From a virus (Duplodnaviria > Heunggongvirae > Uroviricota > Caudoviricetes): DNA of 41,023 nt. A program made the translations under genes and the position numbers. The DNA is taken from positions 1 through 41,023 of IMG/VR virus record IMGVR_UViG_2690316062_000001, one strand, 5' to 3'. The notes beneath the pieces are model-generated. The model did no database searches. It was given only the letters and a program-made list of their open reading frames with translations, and was not told the origin of the DNA. This document shows positions 20,804 to 30,189 of the stretch, in pieces (the stretch's first letter is position 1; every line of letters begins with the position of its first letter).

Positions 20804-21162
20804 TCATCTCCCAGTTCAGTGATGGTCAGCTCCAGCTTTCCACCTTTGGTAACGGGCATCTTCATAACGCGGTAATCAACGACCTGAGCATCATCCAGCC
20901 AGAAACCTGCTTTGGTGAGTGCGTCAAAAGCGGCCTTTTGTAGATTATCCAGGTCACGGCGACGGCGATCCGGCATGTGACACTCAATGCGGATTTTCAC
21001 TGGCATAGCCAGGCCGATATCCAGCATTGCGTTTTTAATGATTTGAGCGACGTTATCGCGGTATGCCTGTCCCTCTGCGCTGACGTGCGTGCGCCCGCGA
21101 TTATGGCGGTAATAGCGATTATTGCTCGGAGGCCAGGGTAATGTGATGCTGTAGGTATTCAC
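20800..21162 (-). CDS. rusA: Holliday junction resolvase RusA
   Basis: 120-aa [40 protein letters not shown]..., recalled as near-identical to DLP12 RusA. Confidence 0.9.
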   Translation of the reverse strand: MNTYSITLPWPPSNNRYYRHNRGRTHVSAEGQAYRDNVAQIIKNAMLDIGLAMPVKIRIECHMPDRRRRDLDNLQKAAFDALTKAGFWLDDAQVVDYRVMKMPVTKGGKLELTITELGDE

Positions 21163-21449
21163 GCCTTAATAACCCCCTCTTTCAGCCAGATAACCTGTGT
21201 TCTCGCCATACCTTCCAGCGCGCATTCTTTTGCATATGCTGCATCGACAAAATGTGTGCGGCGGTCGATTTCGTCGTGGCAGGCAGAACATGCAATGGTG
21301 GCAATCAGGTCTGGCGGTTTGATACCGGTACCGCACAATCCAGCCAGCCGGATATGTGCCAGTACAGACGTTTCAGGGTTGCCATTACATACGCCAGGGA
21401 TTCTTACCTGGCATTCCCGACCACGCGCTGCTTTTCTCAAATCAGCCAT
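21159..21449 (-). CDS. ybcO: YbcO-like nin-region protein (DUF1364, putative nuclease)
   Basis: Start at [14 protein letters not shown] (ATG overlapping ninE stop); Cys-rich 96-aa protein. Confidence 0.65.
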   Translation of the reverse strand: MADLRKAARGRECQVRIPGVCNGNPETSVLAHIRLAGLCGTGIKPPDLIATIACSACHDEIDRRTHFVDAAYAKECALEGMARTQVIWLKEGVIKA

Positions 21450-21612
21450 GACTCCTCCTTGCTGCCAGTCGCAACCATTTTTTATCAACCAGGCTGGCGG
21501 TATATCCGAGCAGTGTTGGTATTTCGGAAGGCTTCAGCTCAGGTTTACGCTTACGACGATTTGGTACTCTGTAAATGTGCCCGTTCATGACACGAATAAG
21601 CGGTGTAGCCAT
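21442..21612 (-). CDS. ninE: NinE-like protein
   Basis: 56-aa [64 protein letters not shown] overlap with ybcN stop. Confidence 0.65.
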   Translation of the reverse strand: MATPLIRVMNGHIYRVPNRRKRKPELKPSEIPTLLGYTASLVDKKWLRLAARRSHG

Positions 21613-22067
21613 TACGCCTCCTGCTTGTCGCGCAGCAGCTGGAACTCGCAGCTCGGCGGAATAGTCAGGTGGCAGCCAATATTCATCGCCCAGGCTTCAA
21701 CCTTACACAGGAAGACATACATCTCTCCGGTATCAAGATCGGAGGTATGGCGTAACGACTGAATAGTGGTGATTTCACCGGTTACGACATCAACCAGGTC
21801 TTTGGTTTCATAACCGAGGTATGTGTGTTTGAGAGCATCTTTTACCCATGCTGCAGTAGCGAACGATTTCCCCCTGCTTATGAGGTATTCACTGATTTCG
21901 CTGTACCACATGTGGCTAAGTGCATTCTGGGAAAGACTGCGTCTCTCGCGCCACGGTTTAAGCACCATGCGAAAGCATTTGCCGTCCTCCAGATAAGGCT
22001 GGATCTGCTGACCGATAGCGGTGAAGTTACCGCGATGCAGTTTGATGCCATCTTGTGGTAGGTTCAC
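21612..22067 (-). CDS. ybcN: YbcN-like nin-region protein
   Basis: 151-aa [42 protein letters not shown]..., matches recalled DLP12 YbcN. Confidence 0.7.
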   Translation of the reverse strand: MNLPQDGIKLHRGNFTAIGQQIQPYLEDGKCFRMVLKPWRERRSLSQNALSHMWYSEISEYLISRGKSFATAAWVKDALKHTYLGYETKDLVDVVTGEITTIQSLRHTSDLDTGEMYVFLCKVEAWAMNIGCHLTIPPSCEFQLLRDKQEA

Positions 22068-22514
22068 GCTTCACCTCCACAGAGGTCAGACGCTGGATGC
22101 AAAAAAACGCAGGTGCATTTCTGCATCTGTGAAGGGAGAAGAGAATTTGGATTGTGTGTGCGCATAAACGTCCCCGTTTAGCGCAGAAGTCACCGAAGTT
22201 GTTCAGGCTCCGGTGATACAATTATGGCGAATTGATTATTCATAATCAAACAAGATAAGGTCTCAAACTTCATGCAAGCCAAGATTTATTTCTGACAGAA
22301 TCATACAAAGAAGCTATTGGTCAGAATCTACTCGGACTGTAAAACATACACATAACCTTAAGCTCTCACTTTAAGCATTGTTGAAATAATACCCGTCAAG
22401 TACAACCTTAACCACGACTGGGATATTTCCCTAGCTACCACGAGTTGTACGGCTATTAAACTGTCGTTAAATTCAGTAAGAGAATTTCATCCGATAAGTC
22501 AAGGCATGTAAAAC

Positions 22515-23558
22515 ATGAAAATTAACAAGATATTATCATCTGCAACACTATTGTATGGTATGTCAATGGCCATGTCGGTCGGGAGTTGTGCAACACCTGT
22601 CCAGACTAATCTTCCTGGTTACACCCCGGGTGCAGATATCATTAGTGTTTCACCGACCAGAAACCAGGTCGATCTCATTGGTGATGTTGTTTATTCCCAG
22701 ATAAAAGGAACTCGTTCTGTCAGACAGCTTCACATGTCAGTTCTTGTCCCACGAACAAATGATTTAAAACCAGCCATTATTTATTATCCCGGCGGCGGAT
22801 TCATGTCTTCTGAACATGACAAATTTATTGAAATGAGAATGGCTCTGGCTGAAGCTGGTTTTGTTGTGGCCGCTGTAGAATACAGAACAATTCCTGATAC
22901 ATTTCCAGCACCAGTTGAGGATGGGAAAGCTGCAATACGTTACTTGAGATAACATGCCAGCGATTATGGGATTGATCCTCAAAGAATCGGAGTTCTGGGT
23001 GACTCTGCCGGTGGATGGCTTGCCCAGATGATGGGAACTACAAATGGTGACAAAACCTTTGATAAAGGTGACTTTCTTCAGCAATCAGCAGATGTTCAGG
23101 CAGTTGCCACACTTTATGGGATTTCTGACTTGTTGAATATTGGCGAGGGGTTCCCTGAATCTGTGCAGGAGGTTCATCGATCTCCTGCCGTAACCGAAGC
23201 CTTAATGATCAATGGCCCTGCATTCAGAAGTTTTGCGGGAGCCCCCATAACAGCGTCAAAAGAAAAAGCGCTAAACGCCAGTCCAATCGGACATATGAAA
23301 GGAGTAAAACCCCCATTTCTTATTATGCATGGTAGCAAAGACACTCTGGTTTCACCTGAGCAAAGCGCCAAACTATTCAGGATGTTGAAGAAGAACGGCG
23401 ATAACGCTGAGTACGTTCTGGTAGAAGGGGCTGAGCATGGCGATAATACATGGTATCAGCCAATTATTATAAACAGAGTTGTTGAGTGGTTTACTAAAAA
23501 CCTGGGAACCCCAATAAAAACCGCTACCCAACAACAAAAAACAAACGCTGACCTGTAA
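22515..23558 (+). pseudogene. Alpha/beta-hydrolase esterase/lipase (GDSAG type) interrupted by in-frame TAA
   Basis: ORFs 22515-22952 and 23028-23558 are in the same frame; TAA at 22950-22952; the YYPGGGF oxyanion motif is upstream and the GDSAGG nucleophile elbow lies between the stop and the next Met. Confidence 0.7.
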
Positions 23559-23616
23559 AAAGCAGCCCACACTTATGCGGGCTAACCTATTTCACTCGAT
23601 TCAAAAGAAATTATTT

Positions 23617-23952
23617 TTAATGTGGTGTGCTTCGTGAAAATAAATTAATAACCAACACACCGGCACAAATCAACATCATGCCTATAATAGCTGGCAGGTC
23701 CAGCCGTTGGCCGAAAAATCCCCATGATAGTAAGCTAATCAGGACAATACCGACTCCTGACCAGATAGCATAAGCAATCCCTGTAGGAATATAAGCCAGC
23801 GTCTGAGCTAATAACCAGAATGATGCACAATAACAAATAATTGTACCAACAGATGGCCATAACCGTGTAAAACCTTCTGAAAACTTCATTAAGGTTGTAC
23901 CAATGACCTCTGCAAGTATTGCACCACCAAGATAAATATAAGGATTCATAGC
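23617..23952 (-). CDS. emrE: SMR-family multidrug efflux transporter EmrE
   Basis: MNPYIYLGGAILAEVIGTTLMKFSEGFTRLWPSVGTIICYCASFWLLAQTLAYIPTGIAYAIWSGVGIVLISLLSWGFFGQRLD... matches recalled E. coli EmrE. Confidence 0.9.
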   Translation of the reverse strand, partial: AMNPYIYLGGAILAEVIGTTLMKFSEGFTRLWPSVGTIICYCASFWLLAQTLAYIPTGIAYAIWSGVGIVLISLLSWGFFGQRLDLPAIIGMMLICAGVLVINLFSRSTPH

Positions 23953-24395
23953 ATATTCTTTCCTGTTCAAACTGGAGAGAATTGTACTACAGTTTGAACT
24001 CAACTCATCTGTTTCATCATTGTGTACCCATTGATGTTCTTTTATATACCCTCAATACCCGTTTCATCGCGGCACTCTGGCGACACTCCTTAAAAATCAG
24101 GTTCGTGCTCACCTTTCCTGCCCGTTCTCCCCGGGTAGCAAACCGATAATACACCGTTCGCCAGTCCTTACTATCAATGACCAAGATTCCTGCCCATATC
24201 ATTTTAGCCGCAGCCTAATTTATGCTGGTTATTGTTACGTGTGAATTCAGTTAGCTGCATAAATTGTCACGGAAGTGATACATCGATATTATCGAGAAAT
24301 TCACTCGAATTTATACGATTGAAACTGCACTTATATCTGTTTTAAATACTCCGAACACTCTTTACAACAACTGTGTGAAAATGGAGATAATTAAA

Positions 24396-25124
24396 ATGAA
24401 AAAGGGTTTGGCTATTTCATTCATTGCCGCCGTGTGTGCATTTGCTGCAAATGCGAGTGCTGAGGAAAGTAAAAACGGGTTTTATCTAACCGGTAAAGCC
24501 GGTGCCTCTGTGGCGTCGTTATCAGACCAGCGTTTTCAGTATGATGAAGGCGATTGGTCAACTGGATTTAAGGGCAGCAACAACCATGACACGGCGTTTA
24601 GTGGTGGTATCGCAGCGGGTTATGACTTTTACCCACAGTTCAGTATTCCTGTTCGTACGGAGCTTGAATTTTATGCCCGCGGAAAGGCTGATACAGAATA
24701 CAATCTTTTTAAGGACGACTGGGTGCGAGCTGACATGAAGAATGAGGTGTCAGTCAACAGCCTGATGTTGAACGCGTACTATGACTTCCGGAACGACAGC
24801 GCATTCACCCCTTGGGTGTCCGCAGGGATTGGTTATGCAAGAATTCATCAGAAATCAACGGGTGTCATCACCTTCGATAATGGATACGGATACAGTGACC
24901 GCGCATCTGATTCCCGTTCAGATTCTTCTGATAACTTCGCATGGAGCCTTGGTGCTGGCGTCCGCTATGACGTAACTCCAGATGTCAGTCTGGACATCAG
25001 TTATCGCTACCTGGATGCAGGTGATGCCAATGTGACTTATACCGATGATTGGGGCGATAAATATAAATCAGATGTTGATGTAAAAAGTCATGACATTATG
25101 CTTGGTGTAACCTATAACTTCTGA
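24396..25124 (+). CDS. Outer-membrane beta-barrel protein (Ail/Lom/PagC-like)
   Basis: Start chosen at the second Met with GGAGA 9 nt upstream; signal peptide MKKGLAISFIAAVCAFAANASA; alternating aromatic/hydrophilic strands; C-terminal ...GVTYNF. Confidence 0.7.
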   Translation: MKKGLAISFIAAVCAFAANASAEESKNGFYLTGKAGASVASLSDQRFQYDEGDWSTGFKGSNNHDTAFSGGIAAGYDFYPQFSIPVRTELEFYARGKADTEYNLFKDDWVRADMKNEVSVNSLMLNAYYDFRNDSAFTPWVSAGIGYARIHQKSTGVITFDNGYGYSDRASDSRSDSSDNFAWSLGAGVRYDVTPDVSLDISYRYLDAGDANVTYTDDWGDKYKSDVDVKSHDIMLGVTYNF

Positions 25125-25172
25125 ACAAACCTTTTCTAAATTATAATTACACGCTTACTGTGATTAACTAAA

Positions 25173-25206
25173 GCCCCCTGCAATATATTGCTATGGGGGG
25201 CTCTTT
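25173..25206 (+). terminator. Candidate terminator after OMP gene
   Basis: GCCCCC...GGGGGC stem enclosing a GCAATATATTGC palindrome, then TCTTT. Confidence 0.4.
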
Positions 25207-25605
25207 CGCTCATCGTGCAGGATGATTTTTGCCTAATTCCGTTATCACCACAATAATATTCATCGACATTTTCTTAATGGACACCTGAAAATATTTTATC
25301 GGGTAATATTCCGAGATTTTATTGTTTTTATTCTTTTCCGTTATCTCTGATAATATTGTAAGCATCCGGTGAACTCGCCTTGCGTGGACTAGCCAGTCGT
25401 TGTAGCACTGACGCCGCTGCGTTGAGTTCTTTTTTTCGCCATCAGCTCTCCTGCTTCTGTAGATAAAGAAGAGACAGAAGAATGGCGTTGATCACAACGA
25501 CCAGTAATGCGAATTCATCGGCCCCTCACACTGTTACCGCGGCAACGTCCTGCGCACAGAAGCTCTTATGCGTCCCCAGGTAATAAATAATTGCCTCTTT
25601 GCCCG

Positions 25606-26307
25606 TCATACACTTGCTCCTTTCAGCCCAAACTTAGCTTTGATTTCTGCGATCTTCGCCAGAGCCTGTGCACGATTTAGAGGTCTACCGCCCATGACAG
25701 GAAGTTGTTTTACTGGTTCAGGTATCGCCTCACCACGGTTAATTCGCGCGGTCATACAGGTCAGCTCATCGGCAGCTTTACGCCGTAATTCCGCGTCAGT
25801 CAGCGCATTGGCCCGCATGTTCTGGTACAGATTGGTAACCAACCAGTAGTGCGCGTTTGATTTCCATGGATAAGACTCTGCGTCCGGATACAGGCCACGC
25901 TTCCGGCAATACTCGTAAACCATATCAACCAGCTCGCTGGCGTTTGGCAGCCCGGCGGTAACGGATGCTTCTTCACGGCACCAGGCAACAAACTGCCCGG
26001 GTGATGGCAGGAATGGTCGATTCTGCCGACGGGCTACGCGCATTCCAGCGTTAACCTGTTCCATCGTGGTGATCCCATTTTCCCGGAAAGCCAGAACCCA
26101 CTGGCGGCGGATTTCGTTCAGTTCGTTCTGGTCCCGGTTAGCCAGGCTCGCCGGGAAAGTTGCCAGTAACTGGCTGAACACACCATTGATAATCTGCGCT
26201 ACCTGCTGTACCTGCGGCTTTTCGTCGTACTGTTCCGGCATGTTATTGGCGATCCGACGCATCTGCTCACGGTCAAAGTTAATCATCTGTGCGGCGATGT
26301 TTTTCAT
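25606..26307 (-). CDS. P: Replication protein P (DnaB helicase loader)
   Basis: 233-aa ORF MKNIAAQMINFDREQMRRIANNMPEQYDEKPQVQQVAQIINGVFSQLLATF..., recalled as near-identical to lambda P. Confidence 0.9.
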   Translation of the reverse strand: MKNIAAQMINFDREQMRRIANNMPEQYDEKPQVQQVAQIINGVFSQLLATFPASLANRDQNELNEIRRQWVLAFRENGITTMEQVNAGMRVARRQNRPFLPSPGQFVAWCREEASVTAGLPNASELVDMVYEYCRKRGLYPDAESYPWKSNAHYWLVTNLYQNMRANALTDAELRRKAADELTCMTARINRGEAIPEPVKQLPVMGGRPLNRAQALAKIAEIKAKFGLKGASV

Positions 26308-27233
26308 AGATCCACCCCGTAAATCCAGTCTGTGTTTGTCAGGTCGAGTTTTGGTTTTCCGGCTGTCACGCCAGCCTGTTGTTTGTTACGGTTGATTTCG
26401 AGTTGGGTCCACTTGTCGCGAAGTTTGGCCGGGCTCAGCACGTTACCGGACCAGAAGTTGTCCTGGCATGCCCAGCGGAAAAGCACGCACATGTCGCGGT
26501 GGTTACGTCCGTCACGTTCACGCATCAGGCGGATATCGTTAGCCCACCCTGCAAAATTCGGTTTTCTGGCTGATGGTGCGATGGTCTTCACCATGTCAAA
26601 CATCCACTCTGCGGCGGTCAGGTCTTCTGCTGTCCCCCACTTGCTGCCGCTCTGAATTGCAGCATCTGGTTTCACCACAGGAAGATCGTTTTCTGGTTGG
26701 TCAGAGGATTCGCCAGAATTCTCGGACGAAAAAGGTTTTATATTGTCTTTTGTTAGTTTGTCTTTTGTGTTTACCTGATTCGGGTAAACGCCTTTACCTG
26801 ATTTGGGTAAACTTTTCTTACCTGATTCAGGTAAATTTACCTCTTTCAGGTAAACTTTATTTTTCTTACCTGATTCGGGTAATGTTGACCATTCACTGAC
26901 CACATTATTAATACCGATATTCCGCCCGCTCTGAATCAAAATCCCACGCTTTACCAGAACACTTTTTGCAGCAGAACACTTGTGCGGTAATATCCCGGTC
27001 AATCCGGACAGTTGCTCGTTGCTCACCCAATCCAGTTTTTTATTAAAGCCATATGTTTTGCGCATGACAGCCAGGAAGACCAGAAGCTGGTGCTGTGTTA
27101 ATCCGGCCAGCATCACAGCTTCCAGCAACTCATTTGCAATGCGCGTATAACCATCATCGAGATCTGCCACGCGCGGCTCCTTTTGTGCCGCATCCGGCAC
27201 TGGAAAATTGAATATCTCAGCAGTGTTTGCCAT
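26304..27233 (-). CDS. O: Replication initiator O
   Basis: Start set at MANTAEIFNF with GGGAGG 5 nt upstream; ADLDDGY motif; iteron array inside the gene; ATGA overlap with P. Confidence 0.8.
   Translation of the reverse strand: MANTAEIFNFPVPDAAQKEPRVADLDDGYTRIANELLEAVMLAGLTQHQLLVFLAVMRKTYGFNKKLDWVSNEQLSGLTGILPHKCSAAKSVLVKRGILIQSGRNIGINNVVSEWSTLPESGKKNKVYLKEVNLPESGKKSLPKSGKGVYPNQVNTKDKLTKDNIKPFSSENSGESSDQPENDLPVVKPDAAIQSGSKWGTAEDLTAAEWMFDMVKTIAPSARKPNFAGWANDIRLMRERDGRNHRDMCVLFRWACQDNFWSGNVLSPAKLRDKWTQLEINRNKQQAGVTAGKPKLDLTNTDWIYGVDL
26781..26894. repeat. Replication origin iterons (5 copies of about 19 bp TTACCTGATTCGGGTAAAC)
   Basis: Copies at 26781-26799, 26804-26822, 26828-26846, 26847-26865, 26876-26894, each internally palindromic (TTACC...GGTAA), inside the O gene as in lambda ori. 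Confidence 0.75.
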
Positions 27234-27319
27234 AATTCCTCCCGCAATGAGTGTGTTACGATTTGCACCTGAAAGTCGGTTCTGTTCCAGCAGACCGGCT
27301 TTCGCCATTTCTGAACCTG

Positions 27320-27865
27320 TCATATCGCCCCCAGCATGGTAGTAACCATCGCCATCAATGGACCAGCCAGATCTGGGTCCACACGAAACATCGATACAAT
27401 ACCTTCACTAATTTCCTTCAGTTTCTGGTGGCGTGGTGCGTTGAGAATGACAGCCTGTTTTGCCTCACTGAGTTCCTTTTCCATTTCAGCCAACCTAGCC
27501 ATGAAGCTATCCTGCTCAACCAGGTAACCGCGATATTCCAGCGGTAGTACCGCCAGAATTGCCGGGGTCAGTTCACGCACGTTATTTCGGTATTTTTCAG
27601 AATCGAATTTGTTATCGAGGAAGCGGAACAGCTTCTGGCGTGCACGGCTGACATCATCAGGGAAATCGATGGTGCCGCCGCCCTGCTCCCGATACTCATT
27701 CACAATGAGTGTGGCAACGACATCCTGATTATCTACAGCCGACCAGGCGCGGACGGCATCACGGATTTTTTCGTGGCCTGCCACCTGTTTTGTTTGAGAA
27801 CGATTTATCACCGCAGTCGGGCTAAATCCGCTAGTCTGTTGGTATGTAAGTGGTTGCATAGTCAT
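27320..27865 (-). CDS. YdaT-like regulatory protein (cII position)
   Basis: 181-aa ORF between cro-like gene and O; motifs NEYREQGGG and ILAVLPLEYR resemble recalled Rac YdaT. Confidence 0.5.
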   Translation of the reverse strand: MTMQPLTYQQTSGFSPTAVINRSQTKQVAGHEKIRDAVRAWSAVDNQDVVATLIVNEYREQGGGTIDFPDDVSRARQKLFRFLDNKFDSEKYRNNVRELTPAILAVLPLEYRGYLVEQDSFMARLAEMEKELSEAKQAVILNAPRHQKLKEISEGIVSMFRVDPDLAGPLMAMVTTMLGAI

Positions 27866-27889
27866 TGCCTTATCAGTTAACGCCGCAGT

Positions 27890-28117
27890 TTAGGCGGCAG
27901 AATTACTCGCGTTAAACAATGGTGCGAGGTCGGGACGAATATCTGCTGGTTTAATCTTTCCACCAGTGGCTGAGACAATTTTCATTACATAGCGGGCATC
28001 AATTCCGCCACCGTGTAGCCAACGCCAAACTGTGGGTTGGGCTACACCGCATAGATCTGCCAGTCGTTTTTGACTGCCTGTAATACTGATTGCGAGTTGA
28101 ATGGTTTGATTTGTCAT
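27890..28117 (-). CDS. Cro/YdaS-like HTH repressor
   Basis: Start at ATG preceded by AGGA; HTH QKRLADLCGVAQPTVWRWL; divergent from cI. Confidence 0.6.
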   Translation of the reverse strand: MTNQTIQLAISITGSQKRLADLCGVAQPTVWRWLHGGGIDARYVMKIVSATGGKIKPADIRPDLAPLFNASNSAA

Positions 28118-28151
28118 TATCAATTCCTATTGGTATTGCAATGAATGAATA

Positions 28152-28180
28152 ATAGCAATGCGTATTAATCCAAGCAATAG
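28152..28180 (-). promoter_or_regulatory. PR-like promoter for the cro/replication operon
   Basis: Minus strand TTGCTT-17 nt-TATTAT upstream of the cro-like gene; overlaps AGCAATAGCAA operator-like motif. Confidence 0.45.
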
Positions 28181-28191
28181 CAAAACGTGTT

Positions 28192-28220
28192 TTGACCATC
28201 AATACGCAAGCGTATAAATT
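28192..28220 (+). promoter_or_regulatory. PRM-like promoter for cI (near-leaderless)
   Basis: TTGACC then 15-17 nt then TATAAA/TAAATT; expected start lies within a few nt of the cI ATG at 28228. Confidence 0.4.
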
Positions 28221-28227
28221 AAAACTT

Positions 28228-28920
28228 ATGAAAAAAGAAACTCTTGCTGATCGCTTAAATCTAGCGATGGAACAATCTGGAATGTCTCAAGGCGCTCTTG
28301 CAAAGGCGTCTGGCGTAGCTCAACCCACAATCTGGAGACTGACAAGCGGCAACGCGCGCGGCTCAACAAAAATTGTTGAAATAGCTAATGCATTGGGTGT
28401 TCGAACAGAATGGCTCTCTTCAGGCATAGGCCCGATGAGAAATGACGGTCAACAATCAGGGAAGCCTGCTGTCAGCCATTCCAAATACTTCAAAATTGAC
28501 GTTCTTGATATAGAAGTCAGTGCCGGGCCGGGTGTAATCAACCGTGAGTTTGTAGAAGTTCTACGCTCGGTTGAATACTCGTTTGACGATGCTCGTCACA
28601 TGTTCGATGGCAGGAAGGCGGAAAATATCCGCATCATTAACGTGCGTGGTGACAGCATGTCAGGAACGATCGAACCAGGTGATCTGCTGTTCGTTGATAT
28701 CACGGTTAAATCTTTCGACGGTGATGGTATCTATGCGTTTCTGTATGACGACACCGCCCATGTAAAACGCCTGCAAATGATGAAGGATAAGCTGCTGGTT
28801 ATCTCTGATAACAAGAGCTACTCACCGTGGGACCCGATCGAGAAAGACGAGATGAACCGCGTGTTCATCTTCGGGAAAGTCATCGGGAGCATGCCGCAGA
28901 CATATAGAAAGCATGGGTAG
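28228..28920 (+). CDS. CI-type repressor (HTH plus S24 LexA-like autopeptidase)
   Basis: N-terminal HTH QGALAKASGVAQPTIWRL; C-terminal GDSMSGTIEPGDLLFVD (Ser) and HVKRL (Lys) catalytic dyad. Confidence 0.85.
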   Translation: MKKETLADRLNLAMEQSGMSQGALAKASGVAQPTIWRLTSGNARGSTKIVEIANALGVRTEWLSSGIGPMRNDGQQSGKPAVSHSKYFKIDVLDIEVSAGPGVINREFVEVLRSVEYSFDDARHMFDGRKAENIRIINVRGDSMSGTIEPGDLLFVDITVKSFDGDGIYAFLYDDTAHVKRLQMMKDKLLVISDNKSYSPWDPIEKDEMNRVFIFGKVIGSMPQTYRKHG

Positions 28921-29004
28921 AAATCAGAACAAAATTATGCACTTCGCTTTTCAGCTTACTGTAGTAAGGCAATAAATTAGGCTTGACGTTAGCTATCAGG
29001 TGCA

Positions 29005-29019
29005 CAACAATAATTGTTG
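29005..29019. promoter_or_regulatory. Perfect 15-bp palindrome CAACAATAATTGTTG upstream of cassette
   Basis: Read directly; lies 31 nt upstream of the 29050 ATG, after a TTGACG -35-like hexamer at 28983-28988. Confidence 0.4.
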
Positions 29020-29049
29020 AATAATAGGTTTTTTTAACTAGGTGATAAC

Positions 29050-30189
29050 ATGGCAGCGGTTGAATTTCAATTGTCTAGGAAGATGATTGATTGGATAGCA
29101 AATTCTCAAGGAGTTTCTATCGAAACTCTTGCTGACCAAGTCATGCCCAAAAAGATTAATAAATTTCTTAACGGAGTGGTAAGTAAATCCGCAGCAGAAA
29201 AACTGGCAAAAATTGGAGGAATCCCTTTCGGTTTTTTATTTCTTGAAACGCCACCAACTCCAGCCAAACCCAAGATCCCTGACTTAAGGCAAGCTATAAA
29301 TAGCCGTGAGTTAGGAAAAGATTTTTTTGATGTTTACTATGATATAGAATATAAACTTGAGTGGTACAAAGACTATTTAAGAGAAAATGGTAATGATGAT
29401 CCACTCGATTTTATTGGTAAATTTAAATTTAATAGAAAATTAAATTATAAGGTTGTTGCTACAGACATAGCAAACACAATACATTTTGATATACAAAAAG
29501 AGATAAAAAATGTCACTTTTGAGAGCTATTTTTCTAAAGTGGCAAAATTAATAGAAGACACTGGCGTATTAGTTTTCAAGAATGGTGTTGTGGGTAATAA
29601 TAATAAAAGAAAACTTGACACGCGAGAGTTTCGTGGTTTCTGTATATCTGATAGCGTTGCTCCGATCATTTTTGTAAATAGCTCGGACGCGTTATCTGCG
29701 CAGGTATTTACATTATTTCATGAGGTGGCTCATCTTTGGCTTGGAGTCGATGGAGTCTCTGGGTGGGACACAGAAAAAAACATAGAATCTTTTTGTAATA
29801 AAGTTGCTGCTGAAATCTTAATGCCTGATAATCTCTTCAAATCTTTCTGGCTTAATGCATCCAGCGATAATAATTATTATCGAGTAAAAGAGGTTTCTAA
29901 GTTATTTAAGGTTAGTGATTTCGCTTGTGCAATCAAAGCGTTACAATTAGATTTGATAGAAAGAAACACTTTGGAGATAATTAAAGATCAAGCTTACAAT
30001 AAGCCCAAAAAAGAATCTAATGGTGGTTCTTTCTTTAACACATTACCTGTTCGTAACAGTCCAAAACTTACGAATATAATAATTTCCAAAGCAATGTCTC
30101 AACAATTACCATTAAGGGAAGCAGGCGTACTGCTAAATGTAAAAGCAGATACAGTTGTTGAATTTTATAAAAAACGAGAATCTCTATGA
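29050..30189 (+). CDS. HTH domain fused to ImmA/IrrE-family zinc metallopeptidase (COG2856)
   Basis: AGGTGA RBS; N-terminal HTH-like segment; HEVAHLWLG (HExxH) followed by VAAEILMP, the ImmA/IrrE signature; strongly AT-rich. Confidence 0.8.
   Translation: MAAVEFQLSRKMIDWIANSQGVSIETLADQVMPKKINKFLNGVVSKSAAEKLAKIGGIPFGFLFLETPPTPAKPKIPDLRQAINSRELGKDFFDVYYDIEYKLEWYKDYLRENGNDDPLDFIGKFKFNRKLNYKVVATDIANTIHFDIQKEIKNVTFESYFSKVAKLIEDTGVLVFKNGVVGNNNKRKLDTREFRGFCISDSVAPIIFVNSSDALSAQVFTLFHEVAHLWLGVDGVSGWDTEKNIESFCNKVAAEILMPDNLFKSFWLNASSDNNYYRVKEVSKLFKVSDFACAIKALQLDLIERNTLEIIKDQAYNKPKKESNGGSFFNTLPVRNSPKLTNIIISKAMSQQLPLREAGVLLNVKADTVVEFYKKRESL

Noticed and set aside
22027-22221. 64-aa minus-strand ORF overlapping the ybcN start
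   Set aside because: Overlaps the 5' end of a well-supported gene in another frame and extends into non-coding DNA; Cys/Arg-rich improbable product.
24017-24202. 61-aa minus-strand ORF between emrE and the OMP gene
   Set aside because: No RBS, lies in AT-rich promoter-like DNA upstream of both divergent genes; likely non-coding.
25568-25849. 93-aa plus-strand ORF antisense to the 3' end of P
   Set aside because: Antisense to the strongly supported P gene; no start context.
26781-26894. Possible CRISPR array suggested by tandem repeats
   Set aside because: Repeats are about 19 bp with 4-12 bp irregular gaps, lie inside the O coding sequence and are internally palindromic: replication-origin iterons, not CRISPR repeats with spacers. 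No cas genes are present.
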